Positions 43,869 to 53,362 are shown, counted from the stretch's first letter. The stretch: DNA of 64,000 nucleotides from Candidatus Dormibacteria bacterium (GCA_050734135.1 JBOHUG010000016.1:6532-70531); one strand, 5' to 3'. Translations and numbers: made by a program. Notes: generated by a model not told the origin, from the sequence alone.

Positions 43869-44897
43869 TCAGTAGGGGGTTTCGCCTGATTCCGCCTCAT
43901 GACCTCCGTCTCCCAGGAGGGCGTCCAGGTAGGCGGCCGGGGAGAAGTCGGCCAGATCTTCAAGGCCCTCGCCAACTCCGACCAGCTTGACCGGGACCCG
44001 CAGCTCCTGCTCCAACTGGAACACATACCCTCCCCGCGCGCTGCCGTCCAGCTTGGTTAGTACCAGCCCGGTGGCACCCACCACCTCGGCGAACGCCACC
44101 GCCTGGGACAGCGCGTTGGCCCCCACGTAGGCGTCCAGCACCAGCAGGGTCTCGACCGGCTGGCTCTGCTGCTGGCCCCCGATGACCCGGCGAATCTTGG
44201 CCAACTCCTGCATCAAGTTGTGCTTGGTGTGGAGTCGCCCAGCAGTGTCCACCAGCACCACCTCCCGCCCCCTCGCCTGGGCCGCCGCCAAGGTGTCGAA
44301 CACGACCGCCGCCGGGTCGGAGCCGAGCTGGTGGGCCACCACCTCTGTCCCCGTGCGAGCCGCCAGCGTACGCAGCTGTTCGATGGCGGCAGCTCGGAAG
44401 GTGTCCGCAGCCGCGATCAGCGGTGTCAGCCCCTGTCCCCGGAGGCGGGCGGCCAGCTTGGCGACGGTTGTCGTCTTGCCAGCTCCGTTCACGCCCGCCA
44501 CTAGCCAGACCGCCGGCTCTCCGCTGAGCGATAGCTCCCGCTGGGCGCCCGCCAGCCGGCCGGCCATCTCCTCCCGGAGGGCGCCCAGCAGAGGTCCAGT
44601 CTCGCGCAGCTTCTCCCGAGCAGCCCGCTCTCGAAGTCCCTCCACCAGCTCCTCCGCCACCGCCACCCCGCAGTCGCTGGCGAGCAGTAGCTCGAAGATC
44701 TCCTCGTAGAGATCATCCCCGGCGCCGCGCCCCAGGCTGAGGCGGCTGCGGAGCTGCTGGCCGAGTCCGCTGCCGACTTTGTCGAGCCGTCCCGGGATCC
44801 GCTTCCACCAGCGGCCCCGCCTGGCAGCCCCTACCTCAGCCACCGGTCCGGACCGCTTCCCGAACCGCCTCCACCTCGGTTTCGACCGCTTGGCCAT
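43869..44897 (-). CDS. ftsY: signal recognition particle receptor FtsY
   Basis: AGVNGAGKTTTVAKLA, DTAGRLH, LTKLDGSARGG. The start is ambiguous between the ATG at 44936, the ATG at 44897 and the GTG at 44843. The last overlaps the smc stop by 8 nt. Confidence 0.85.
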   Translation of the reverse strand: MAKRSKPRWRRFGKRSGPVAEVGAARRGRWWKRIPGRLDKVGSGLGQQLRSRLSLGRGAGDDLYEEIFELLLASDCGVAVAEELVEGLRERAAREKLRETGPLLGALREEMAGRLAGAQRELSLSGEPAVWLVAGVNGAGKTTTVAKLAARLRGQGLTPLIAAADTFRAAAIEQLRTLAARTGTEVVAHQLGSDPAAVVFDTLAAAQARGREVVLVDTAGRLHTKHNLMQELAKIRRVIGGQQQSQPVETLLVLDAYVGANALSQAVAFAEVVGATGLVLTKLDGSARGGYVFQLEQELRVPVKLVGVGEGLEDLADFSPAAYLDALLGDGGHEAESGETPY

Positions 44898-47800
44898 CAG
44901 AGGTGAGGCGCACCGAAAGGATCCGGCTGGAGCCATCCCCGTCCTGGGTGACCCCGTAGAGCATGGAAGCTCGGGACATGGTGGTCAGGCTGTGGGTCAC
45001 CACCAGGAACTGACTGCTCTCCGCCCGCTTCTGCAGCAGGTCGGCGAAATGGGTGATGTTGGCCTCGTCGAGGGCGGCGTCCACCTCGTCGAACACGTAG
45101 AAGGGGCTGGGGGATACCTGCTGCAGGGCCAGGACCAGGGCCAGCGCCGTCAGAGCGCGCTCGCCGCCTGAAAGCAGAGGCATGGAGAGCACCCGTTTGC
45201 CCTGGGGCTGGACCTGCATCTCCACCCCTCCAGGGGCACCGTTCTCGCCCGGCGTGGCGGTTAGGGTGGCCCTCCCGCCGCCGAAGAGCTCGACCCATAC
45301 TGACTCAAACTCGCGGGTCACCTCCTGGAGGGTCCGCTGGAAGCGACCGCCACTGACCGCCTGGAGTTCGGTCAGGGTCGCCTCCAGCTCGTCCCTGGCC
45401 CGGAGGCAGTCGTCATGGGCCGCCCGCAGCCCCTCGGTCCGCTCCAACAATTCGGTGAGCTGTCGGGGGGCCAGTTCGTTGATTGGCCCCAGTGCGCTCA
45501 GCCGGCGCTCCGACCTCGTGATCTCGGCGGCAGCCCTGGAGGGATCCGTGGGAGTGGTGAACTCGCCTGGCTCGGTAGCCGCGGCCGGGTCCTCGGCCAC
45601 CTCCGCCTTCAGGCGCTCCACCTGGTGAGTCTGAGCCGCGACGTCACGCCGCCACGCCTCCGTCTGGGAGGCGGCCGAGTGCACGGCCGCCTCCAGCTCA
45701 GCCCGCTGCCGCTCAAGCTCGCCAAGGCCCTGGAGCGGATCGGGGGACTCGGCCAGCGTCTGGGCCCGACGCTCGACGGAGAGGTGGAACTGAGTCCTGG
45801 CGACCTGGGCCTGGCGACGGGCCAACTGGAGCTGCTGCAGCGCCTCGAGAGCGCTCCGCTCCGCGGCCTGGATCCGCGCTCGGGCGCTCCGGTCACGGGC
45901 TGCCAGCTGCTCCCGGCGCCGGGCCAGCTCCTCGGTCCGTCGCGACCAGCTGCGCGCCTCAGCCTCCGCGCCGGCACTGGCCAAACGGGCCTCCTCCAAG
46001 CGCTGGCCAGCCCCCAGAATGAGCTCCTCTAGCCCAGCGACCGCGGCGCGGCAGCTCTCGAGCGCGGCACTGGTCGTGGCCTGCTTCTCTTCCCGCTCCC
46101 CCAGTTCGGCCTCCACCGTGGCAAGCGCGGCTCGGTCGTCGGCGCTCTGCCGCTCGCGCTCCTCCAGCTCGCGCTGCAGACCAACGGCCGCCTGGTCGGA
46201 GCGCGCAGTGTCCCCCAGGAGCCGGTCCACCTCCACCTGACCGGCGTTAGCTGCGGCTTGGGCGGCGGTTGCGCCCTGGCGCAGCCGGTCCACCAACGCC
46301 CGCTGCTGGCTGTGAGCCTCCCGGGACCGCTCCAGAGACTCCCGGGCGCGCACCAACTCGGCCCGCTGGCGCTGCACGGTGCGCTCGGCGTCGCGCATCT
46401 GCTCGACCAGTCGCAGTTCGCCCTGAGTCCGGGCCGGAGTGATCTCCAAACCGGTCCCCAGCACGGTGCCATCCTCGAGCACGGCGCGGCCATCAGGGAG
46501 TCTGGCCAACCACCTGACGGCGGCCGGGCGGTCCTTCGCCAGGCACACCAAGCGGGCGACCCGGGCGACCACCCCGAGGGCCCCGGCGTCCCCGACCAGC
46601 GTGGTCGCCAGCGGCCGACAACCCTGGGGCGGGTTAGAGACCACCGGCTCCTCGGCAACCGGCCAGCAGACGACCTCGGCGACATCTCCTGCCAGGGCCA
46701 GAGCTCGCCGGGCCGCGGCTTGTTCCCCGACCAAGGCTTGCTGGAAAATCCCCAGTCCGGCCTCCACCGCCTGGGCGTCCGCAGCCTGAGCGGCCTGGAC
46801 TCCTTCGGCCAGTCGTCGAACTCTGGCTCCCCCGCGAGCGGCGGCGCCGGCAATCGGGGCGGCCTGGGTTCTGACCTCGATAGCGGCCACTTGCGCGCCC
46901 AGGCGGGCCTCGGCCTCGCGCAGCGCGACGGTCGCCTTGGAGAGTCCCTCCTCGGCGCGCTGCAGCAAATGCAGCCGCAGCGCTTCCGCCTTCTGGGCGC
47001 GATCGAAGCCGGCCGCTTCCCGGCCCGCCGTCTGGCGCAGGCCCTTGGCCGCGTCCCCTACCGCCTGCAGCTCCGATGCTGCCGTCGTCCGAGCGGACTC
47101 AGCCGCCGCCCGGGCCACCAGCGCCTGATTTCGCCAGGCTTCGGCGCCCGCCAGCTTCGCCTCGAGCTCCGCCCGCCGGCGGCGGGCAGCCGTGACCTCC
47201 CGCTCGCCTTCCTGGTCGCGGGCTTGGTCCCGGACCAATTCGGCCCGGCGCAGGACGCGCGCCTGGCGAAGATTGATCAACTCTTGCTCCAGGCCGGAGA
47301 TGGTCGCCCGGGCCTGCTCCAAGGCAGCGGAATCGCCCGCCGCACCGGCGTCCGGGCCCGGCAGGGTCAACAGGTCGTCCTGCACCTCGGCCAGGGTCTG
47401 GACCGCGGCCGCCCGAGCCCCAGCCGCCTGGACCGAACGCTCCTGCCATCGCTCAACCTGGGCTTCCCCCTGCTGTGCCGTCAGGGCCAGGGCGCCCGCC
47501 TGTCGCTCGGATTCCAGGCGACCGGCCTCAACCGCTTGGAGCCGCTCCCGCTGCAACAGGTAGGTGGCCTGGAACTGCTGCGCCCGTTCCCGAAACTGGG
47601 CCACTCGACGCTCGCCCGCCTGGAACTGGCGCTCCAATTTGCGCAACTCGGCTAGCGCCGCCAGCCAGGCGCCCCGTTCCAAGCTGCCCTTTAGATCCCG
47701 CAGCCGGGCGCGGAGCTTGGCAGCCTCCTCGGCGGCCACGGCCTCCTCCCGCAGTGACTCGATCCGCGGAAGCAGCTCTGCCAGTCGGCCAATCGAGCCG

Positions 47801-48366
47801 TCGAGCCACTCCGCCAGCGATTGCAGACGCCCGCGGGAGTCCTCGATCAGCGCCTGGGCACCCCGCACCCCCGCCGCCTCCTCGATCAAATGCCGGCGCT
47901 GCGCCGGCGACGCGCGGATGATCGACTCGATGTCGTTCTGGGCGATTACCGCATAGCCCGCCTGGGCCAGCCCGGTGGCGTCGAGGAGCCGGCCCAGATC
48001 GCGCAACCGGACCCGGTGACCGTTGCGGCGGAACTCGCTGGTGCCATCCCGGTACACGCGCCGACTGATGGCGACCTCGACGTCCTCGACCGGTAATCGG
48101 CCATCTTCGTTATCGAAGACCAACCCCACCTCAGCCATCCCCATCGGGGCCCGGCTGGCTCCGCCAGCGAAGATCACCTGGTCCAGCCGCTGGCCCCGCA
48201 ACTCCCGAGCGCTGGTCTCCCCCAGCACCAGCCGGATGGCGTCGACCAGGTTGGACTTGCCGCTCCCGTTCGGCCCGACGATGGCGGTGATCCCCGGGCC
48301 AAGCTCCAACTCGGCCCGGCCCGAGAAGCTTTTGAACCCCTGGAGGTGCAGGCGACTAACCCTCAT
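44836..48366 (-). CDS. smc: chromosome segregation protein SMC
   Basis: 1176 aa. N-terminal GPNGSGKSN, long coiled coils, a central hinge and a C-terminal LSGGERALTALAL...FDEVDAALD. Confidence 0.95.
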   Translation of the reverse strand: MRVSRLHLQGFKSFSGRAELELGPGITAIVGPNGSGKSNLVDAIRLVLGETSARELRGQRLDQVIFAGGASRAPMGMAEVGLVFDNEDGRLPVEDVEVAISRRVYRDGTSEFRRNGHRVRLRDLGRLLDATGLAQAGYAVIAQNDIESIIRASPAQRRHLIEEAAGVRGAQALIEDSRGRLQSLAEWLDGSIGRLAELLPRIESLREEAVAAEEAAKLRARLRDLKGSLERGAWLAALAELRKLERQFQAGERRVAQFRERAQQFQATYLLQRERLQAVEAGRLESERQAGALALTAQQGEAQVERWQERSVQAAGARAAAVQTLAEVQDDLLTLPGPDAGAAGDSAALEQARATISGLEQELINLRQARVLRRAELVRDQARDQEGEREVTAARRRRAELEAKLAGAEAWRNQALVARAAAESARTTAASELQAVGDAAKGLRQTAGREAAGFDRAQKAEALRLHLLQRAEEGLSKATVALREAEARLGAQVAAIEVRTQAAPIAGAAARGGARVRRLAEGVQAAQAADAQAVEAGLGIFQQALVGEQAAARRALALAGDVAEVVCWPVAEEPVVSNPPQGCRPLATTLVGDAGALGVVARVARLVCLAKDRPAAVRWLARLPDGRAVLEDGTVLGTGLEITPARTQGELRLVEQMRDAERTVQRQRAELVRARESLERSREAHSQQRALVDRLRQGATAAQAAANAGQVEVDRLLGDTARSDQAAVGLQRELEERERQSADDRAALATVEAELGEREEKQATTSAALESCRAAVAGLEELILGAGQRLEEARLASAGAEAEARSWSRRTEELARRREQLAARDRSARARIQAAERSALEALQQLQLARRQAQVARTQFHLSVERRAQTLAESPDPLQGLGELERQRAELEAAVHSAASQTEAWRRDVAAQTHQVERLKAEVAEDPAAATEPGEFTTPTDPSRAAAEITRSERRLSALGPINELAPRQLTELLERTEGLRAAHDDCLRARDELEATLTELQAVSGGRFQRTLQEVTREFESVWVELFGGGRATLTATPGENGAPGGVEMQVQPQGKRVLSMPLLSGGERALTALALVLALQQVSPSPFYVFDEVDAALDEANITHFADLLQKRAESSQFLVVTHSLTTMSRASMLYGVTQDGDGSSRILSVRLTSDGQAVETEVEAVREAVRTGG

Positions 48367-49760
48367 GGAGTTGGGCTAGCCGGTCTCCCAGACCGCCGCC
48401 GACCCCCCCGGTGGCCCCGGTGCGTGCGCTTGCGCTGTCCAGGGTCTGTTGGCTCGCCCAGTTTGGAGGGGGATTCCAGCTGCATCTCGCTGCTCACCGG
48501 GGTCCGCTGCTCTTGGGGCAGGGTCTCCGGCCCGGACTCGCCGGGAGCCGGGATCAGCGGCGATCCGCTCGAGCTCGGGGCTCCGCTCCGCGGGCGGCGG
48601 CGACGACGGCGCCCGGATGCGGGTTCCCCAGTGACCTCGGTGTCGCTGCCGGCCGCCGGGAAGACCTGGGCTGGTTCCAGGTCGCCTGGTGCCGGCCGCG
48701 GTGGGGCTGAATCAGGGCCCGCACCGACGGTCCCGCCCCGAGCTCGGCGACGACGACGACGCGGGGCGGTTGCCTCGGAGCTGTTCGACACCGCCTCCAG
48801 GGCGGTTAAAGCCACCGCGGGAGCGGCACCCTCGTCCCCGGGAGTCGGTGCGGCGGCCTCGGCGGGGCTGAGCCCGTTGGCGACTCCACCGCTCGAGGCG
48901 CGGGAGCGGCGGCGGCGCTTTCGGGCAGGTGGGGAGCTGCTCGGGGTCGGTGGCTCGGCTGCGCCCCCCAGTGCTGGGCCTACCACTGGAGACGTTTCGG
49001 GGGCGACCGGCTGCAGTGAGGGAGCGGTCAGAGCGTGATCGGCCGAGTCGGTTGCCGCGACCTTCGACCGCGATCCCCGGCGTCGCTTCTTCGAGACCGG
49101 GGCCACCAGGCCGTCGATGGCGGCCCGGGCGGCCCCTTGCTCGGCCGCCTGCTTGGTTCCGCCCCTACCCTCGCCCAGGACGGGACCGCCCTCCACCGAA
49201 ACCTGGGAGTGGTACTGACGGGGGCGGGAGCTGCCGTCGGGCAGGGTCCGATAGATGGGAGGCATCCCAAACCGTTCTTGGGCCAGTGCCTGGAGCCGGC
49301 CTTTGAAGTTGGGGTCGGTCCAGGAGCTGAGGTCACCGATCCGGGAGAGAAAGATCTTGCCCGCCTTCCGGTAGCCCTGGTCGAGGAAGGTGGCGCCGAT
49401 GATCGCCTCGAAGGCGTTTGCGTGAAGCGAGGTCAACCGTCGAGCTCCGGACTTGGTGGCTCCCCGTCCGAGCCGGAGCGCCTCCCCAAGCCGCAGCCGC
49501 TCGCCGATCCCAGCCAGCGCCACGGTGCTCACCAGTGACGATCGCATCTGGGTCAACTGGCCCTCGTCGTAATTGGGGAACCGGTTGAAGAGATACTCCG
49601 CGGCGACCAGTTCCAAGACGGCGTCGCCGAGGTACTCAAGCCGTTCGTTGTCGCGACCCGCGGCGCCGCGCTCGTTGATCCAGGAGGTGTGGGTCATGGC
49701 CTCCAGCAGCCACTCCCGGCGCTTGAACTTGATATCCAAGCGCGCCTCCAGCTCGACCAG
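48363..49760 (-). CDS. rnc: ribonuclease III with a roughly 243-aa Arg-cluster-rich C-terminal extension (start codon uncertain)
   Basis: LLEAMTHTSW, NERLEYLGDAVLELV (RNase III signature), then a dsRBD (..GGTKQAAEQGAARAAI). There is no in-frame ATG or GTG between the acpP stop (49856) and the catalytic core. Candidates are the CTG at 49760 and the TTG at 49739. Confidence 0.8.
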   Translation of the reverse strand: MVELEARLDIKFKRREWLLEAMTHTSWINERGAAGRDNERLEYLGDAVLELVAAEYLFNRFPNYDEGQLTQMRSSLVSTVALAGIGERLRLGEALRLGRGATKSGARRLTSLHANAFEAIIGATFLDQGYRKAGKIFLSRIGDLSSWTDPNFKGRLQALAQERFGMPPIYRTLPDGSSRPRQYHSQVSVEGGPVLGEGRGGTKQAAEQGAARAAIDGLVAPVSKKRRRGSRSKVAATDSADHALTAPSLQPVAPETSPVVGPALGGAAEPPTPSSSPPARKRRRRSRASSGGVANGLSPAEAAAPTPGDEGAAPAVALTALEAVSNSSEATAPRRRRRRARGGTVGAGPDSAPPRPAPGDLEPAQVFPAAGSDTEVTGEPASGRRRRRRPRSGAPSSSGSPLIPAPGESGPETLPQEQRTPVSSEMQLESPSKLGEPTDPGQRKRTHRGHRGGRRRSGRPASPTP

Positions 49761-49855
49761 TCGGCGCTCAGCCTCCTGCTCCTGCTCGGCCTGCTCCGCC
49801 AGGTCGGGTTGCCCGCGCCGTCGTCGGGGCGCGGGTCGAGCCGGCGCGGCGTCGG

Positions 49856-50104
49856 TTAGTTGGTCAGGTCGAGGTGATCCTTGATGTAGTCCCAGGCTTG
49901 ACCCACCGTCTGGATCTTCTCCGCGTCCTCGTCCGGGATCTCCATCCCGTACGCCTCCTCGAAGGCCATGATCAGCTCCACCAGATCCAGCGAGTCGGCG
50001 TTCAGATCCTCCACGAAGTTGGCTTCCGGAGTCACCTGATCCGTCTCCACGCCGAGCTGCTCCACCACTATCGCCTTGAAGCCTTCCCAGCTCGTGTCTG
50101 CCAT
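49856..50104 (-). CDS. acpP: acyl carrier protein
   Basis: The ATG at 50104 gives an 82-aa product with the phosphopantetheine site [18 protein letters not shown]. Confidence 0.95.
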   Translation of the reverse strand: MADTSWEGFKAIVVEQLGVETDQVTPEANFVEDLNADSLDLVELIMAFEEAYGMEIPDEDAEKIQTVGQAWDYIKDHLDLTN

Positions 50105-50488
50105 CTCTTCCCCTAGGTGAACGACCTGCGGTCGCCTGCTCTTGCTGCTGTTCGGGAACCGGGGCCGTCGCCCCTGGAGCCGTCGCTGGCGGTGGAGTGG
50201 GCCCGGGTCGATCCAGCTGACCTGGATCCGGCTCGTCCCCCCCGCCGGCGCCGGCGCCGCTGAGGCGCTCGCCGGGCAATACGGTAAAGCTTGACGAGCC
50301 ACCGCTGCTACCGGGGGCCCCGGTTGAACCTTCCGCCGCCCCGGGCGGCGGGTGTTCGCTGGTCCTGGTGCCAGCCAGACGGCGGACGAAAGACTTCACA
50401 GCCCGACTGCCGAGAAGGGCGGCGGGGCCGCTGCAGGGTACATTTGCCGGAGCAAGCTGGGGGCCATTGTAAGCCGGGGCGGAAAAGG

Positions 50489-51451
50489 CTAGGCGCCCCC
50501 ACCCAGAGCTGCCGGCCGGCCCGCTCCCAGGGTCAAGTCCAGAGCGCGCCGGGCACTCTCTGGCGAAGCCACTGAGATGGTCTCGATGGCTGGCATAATG
50601 CGGCGCCCGAGGCCCGCGAGGGTGGTCCCCGGACCACATTCCCAGAAGGTATCGCTACCCACTTGGGCCAGCGCCTTGATCGAATCGACCCAGCGGACCC
50701 GGCCAGTGAGCTGGGACCGCAGCCCGTCCCGGACCTCAGCTGCGGTACGGGAGAGGGATCCGGTGACCCCGGCGACCACCGGGAAGCTGGGTTCCGCAAA
50801 CTCAACCTGGTCGAGCAGGGCGGAGAAGGCAGCTGCCGCCGGGCCCATCAATGGCGAATGGAAGGCGCCCCCCACTTTCAACGGCAGCACCCGCCGCGCT
50901 CCGGCCGCCCTCGCGAGTTCGGCCAGCCGGTCAACCCCGGCCCGGCTCCCGGACACCACCACTTGGCCAGGGGCGTTGTCGTTGGCCACCACGCAGCACT
51001 CCCCGTCGGCTTCGGCCTGGAGGCAGAGGCTCTCCAGCTCGACCAGCTCGAGGCCGAGGACCGCCGCCATCGTGCCGTCTGGCGCACTCGCCATCCGGCG
51101 GCCGCGCTCCAGCACTAAGCGCATCCCCTCGGCGGCGGAGAGCGCGCCCGAAGCCACCACCGCGCAGTACTCACCCAGGCTGTGGCCAGCAGCCGCCACC
51201 GGCTGGAGCCCGCCCTGCAACAGGACCTGCGCCAGGACGACGCCGGTGTAGAAGAGGGCGGGCTGGGCCACTTCGGTGGGCCGCAGCTCCTCCCCGGTGC
51301 CTGTCAGCAAGAGCCGTCCCAGGGGGATCCCGGCCTTCTCGGCGAGCTCCAGCAATTCGGTCTGGTAGCCCCTGTCGACGAGGTCCCGACCCATCCCCGG
51401 GCCCTGCGCCCCCTGGCCTGGAAAGAGAAGGGCCGGAGCGGAGACGGTCAC
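50489..51451 (-). CDS. fabD: malonyl CoA-ACP transacylase
   Basis: LFPGQGAQ..GMG, and GHSLGEY (active-site Ser). Confidence 0.9.
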   Translation of the reverse strand: MTVSAPALLFPGQGAQGPGMGRDLVDRGYQTELLELAEKAGIPLGRLLLTGTGEELRPTEVAQPALFYTGVVLAQVLLQGGLQPVAAAGHSLGEYCAVVASGALSAAEGMRLVLERGRRMASAPDGTMAAVLGLELVELESLCLQAEADGECCVVANDNAPGQVVVSGSRAGVDRLAELARAAGARRVLPLKVGGAFHSPLMGPAAAAFSALLDQVEFAEPSFPVVAGVTGSLSRTAAEVRDGLRSQLTGRVRWVDSIKALAQVGSDTFWECGPGTTLAGLGRRIMPAIETISVASPESARRALDLTLGAGRPAALGGGA

Positions 51452-51490
51452 CGCCGGAATGCTCGCGGAGCAGCCCCGGGAAGCCTCCAG

Positions 51491-51667
51491 CTACTCAGTC
51501 GCGATGACCTCGCGTCCCTTGTACTGGCCGCAGTTCGGGCAGACGGTGTGGGGCCTACGCGGTTGGCGGCAGCGCGGGCAGGGAGAGAGCGCCGGGCCCT
51601 GCAGCGCCAGGTGGGACCGGCGCCGATCGCGACGGGCCTTGGGAATGCGTTCTTTGGGTAGTGCCAT
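51491..51667 (-). CDS. rpmF: 50S ribosomal protein L32
   Basis: It is not in the ORF track (58 aa). My translation: MALPKERIPKARRDRRRSHLALQGPALSPCPRCRQPRRPHTVCPNCGQYKGREVIATE. This is the L32 pattern, including the CxxC...CxxC knuckle. Confidence 0.85.
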   Translation of the reverse strand: MALPKERIPKARRDRRRSHLALQGPALSPCPRCRQPRRPHTVCPNCGQYKGREVIATE

Positions 51668-51703
51668 GACGGGTTCGGAGTCTAGCAGGCGCCCGGAAAC
51701 CGG

Positions 51704-52231
51704 CTAGCGCCGCCGCCCCTTCCCCTTGGGCTTCTCGTCGTCCTCCTGGCCGGGGAGAAGCGTCTCCAGGCCCCGGCGCACCTGGGCCAGGGCGGAGGCC
51801 AGCTCGGACTCCAGCTCCTCCATCCGGTCCCGGACGTAATCATCGGTATCGCGCCGCATCTTGCGACTGCGGTCGCGGGCCTCGGTCAGGAGCCGGTCAG
51901 CCTCGGCAGTTGCCCTTCTCGTTACCTCGTGGTCATCGGTGAGACGGTCGCTCCGCTCCTGCGCCGCCAGCACCGTCTGCTCCGCCTGGTCGGCCGCCTC
52001 CCGGAGGCGGGCCTCTCTGGTCTCCAGGACCATCCGCGCCTCGCGGATCTCATCCGGAAGAGATACTCGGATCTGGTCCAGCGCCTCGAGAATCTCCTCC
52101 TCGCTGACCACGATGCTGGAGGTCAGGGGCAGCCGACGGCTCTGGTTGACCAGCGCCTCCAGCCGGTCCAGAACGTCGAAGATCGAGACCCCATCGCCGT
52201 CCGGCTCGACCTCGTCGTTGTCGTCTGCCAT
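51704..52231 (-). CDS. coiled-coil protein of unknown function
   Basis: The ATG at 52231 is preceded by GAGGAGAG. The 175-aa product is highly charged and heptad-like (…SIFDVLDRLEALVNQSRRLPLTSSIVVSEEEILEALDQIRVSLPDEIREA…) and ends in a KPKGKGRRR tail. Confidence 0.6.
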   Translation of the reverse strand: MADDNDEVEPDGDGVSIFDVLDRLEALVNQSRRLPLTSSIVVSEEEILEALDQIRVSLPDEIREARMVLETREARLREAADQAEQTVLAAQERSDRLTDDHEVTRRATAEADRLLTEARDRSRKMRRDTDDYVRDRMEELESELASALAQVRRGLETLLPGQEDDEKPKGKGRRR

Positions 52232-52241
52232 GGTCTCTCCT

Positions 52242-52748
52242 CTACCCCAGCTGGGGGGCCGCGGTGCCGGCGGGGGCCAGCTTCTCCTGGAGCGCACGCT
52301 CGACAGCTGGCGACACCAGCCCCTCGATGCTACCGCCGTGCCCGCAGACATCCTTCAGCAATGAGGAGCTGAGGTACACGTTGGAGAAGCCGGTGGTAAG
52401 GAAGACGGTGTGCACCTTGGGATCTAGGCGTCGGTTCATCAGCGCCATCTGAAACTCACTGTCGAGGTCGGAGACCGCCCGAAGGCCGCGAATTATGACC
52501 GTGGCCCCCTCGGAAGAGGCGAAGCCCACCGCCAGCCCAGAGAAGGGGCGAACCTCGATCCTGGCGCCCTCCGGCAGGCTCTGGCGGACCAGTTCGGCCC
52601 GCTCCGCCACCGAAAAGAGGTACTGCTTGCGCTGGTTGTCCAGCACGCCCACCACGACCCGATCGAAGATCTCCCGGGCTCGGCCAATCACGTCCAGGTG
52701 GCCGCTGTGGATCGGATCGAAGCTGCCGGGGTAGACCGCCGTGGTCAT
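52242..52748 (-). CDS. coaD: phosphopantetheine adenylyltransferase
   Basis: The ATG at 52748 is preceded by GGAGG. AVYPGSFDPIHSGHLDV (T/HxGH motif). Confidence 0.9.
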   Translation of the reverse strand: MTTAVYPGSFDPIHSGHLDVIGRAREIFDRVVVGVLDNQRKQYLFSVAERAELVRQSLPEGARIEVRPFSGLAVGFASSEGATVIIRGLRAVSDLDSEFQMALMNRRLDPKVHTVFLTTGFSNVYLSSSLLKDVCGHGGSIEGLVSPAVERALQEKLAPAGTAAPQLG

Positions 52749-53362
52749 GGGAGCCTCCGGTAGAAGGAGAGCACCGTGGTGCCGTACCGCGCGGTACGCA
52801 CGCAATTTAGCGCGCCGACCTCAGCTGGTACCGATAAATCACGGTGATGTTCGGCCACCACCCGGGGATCCCAACCGGGACTGGCCTGCGCCGCATCTCC
52901 CAGGAGGCGCAGGGACTCCAGACAGAGCTGCGGTCCCGTCTCCCGGTACGGGGGGTCGAGCAAGACCAGGCCAGAGGCGGTGAGCGACTCCCGCTGCCGC
53001 CGCAACCAGGAGACGGCGTCCGCCACCACCACCTCCGCTCGGCTGCTCCAGCCGAGGCTATCCAGATTGGCGTCGATCAGCTGGGCCCGCTGCCGACCCA
53101 CCTCCACAAAGGTCGCAAAACTGGCCCCCCGGGAGAGGGCCTCGAGGCCCAGACTGCCGGCGCCGGCGAACAGGTCCAGGGCCCGGACTCGCAGCACCGC
53201 GTCACCCAGGATGTTGAAGCAGGCGGCCCTCGCCAGCCCGGTCGTGGCCCGCAGGTCTGGGGCCGCTTCGGTGAGGAGCCGGCGGCCCGCGGCCTCGCCT
53301 CCGGTCAAGCGGGCACCGGCGGCACGGCGCCTGCTACCACTTCGGCGCGAGGGTTTTGGCAA
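52745..53362 (-). CDS. rsmD: 16S rRNA (guanine966-N2)-methyltransferase RsmD family
   Basis: LDLFAGAGSLGLEALSRGA, and VLLDPPY. Confidence 0.85.
   Translation of the reverse strand: MPKPSRRSGSRRRAAGARLTGGEAAGRRLLTEAAPDLRATTGLARAACFNILGDAVLRVRALDLFAGAGSLGLEALSRGASFATFVEVGRQRAQLIDANLDSLGWSSRAEVVVADAVSWLRRQRESLTASGLVLLDPPYRETGPQLCLESLRLLGDAAQASPGWDPRVVAEHHRDLSVPAEVGALNCVRTARYGTTVLSFYRRLP

Noticed and set aside
46258-47655. 465-aa plus-strand ORF, with several shorter ones between 45.1 and 48.4 kb
   Set aside because: They are antisense to, or out of frame with, smc. Composition is low-complexity Gly/Arg/Pro/Leu with no recognisable motifs.
49761-50639. N-terminal roughly 290 codons of the 758-aa ORF that contains RNase III
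   Set aside because: This part overlaps acpP and the fabD 3' end in other frames. It is Gly/Pro/Ser/Arg low-complexity. The RNase III homology begins only after the acpP stop.
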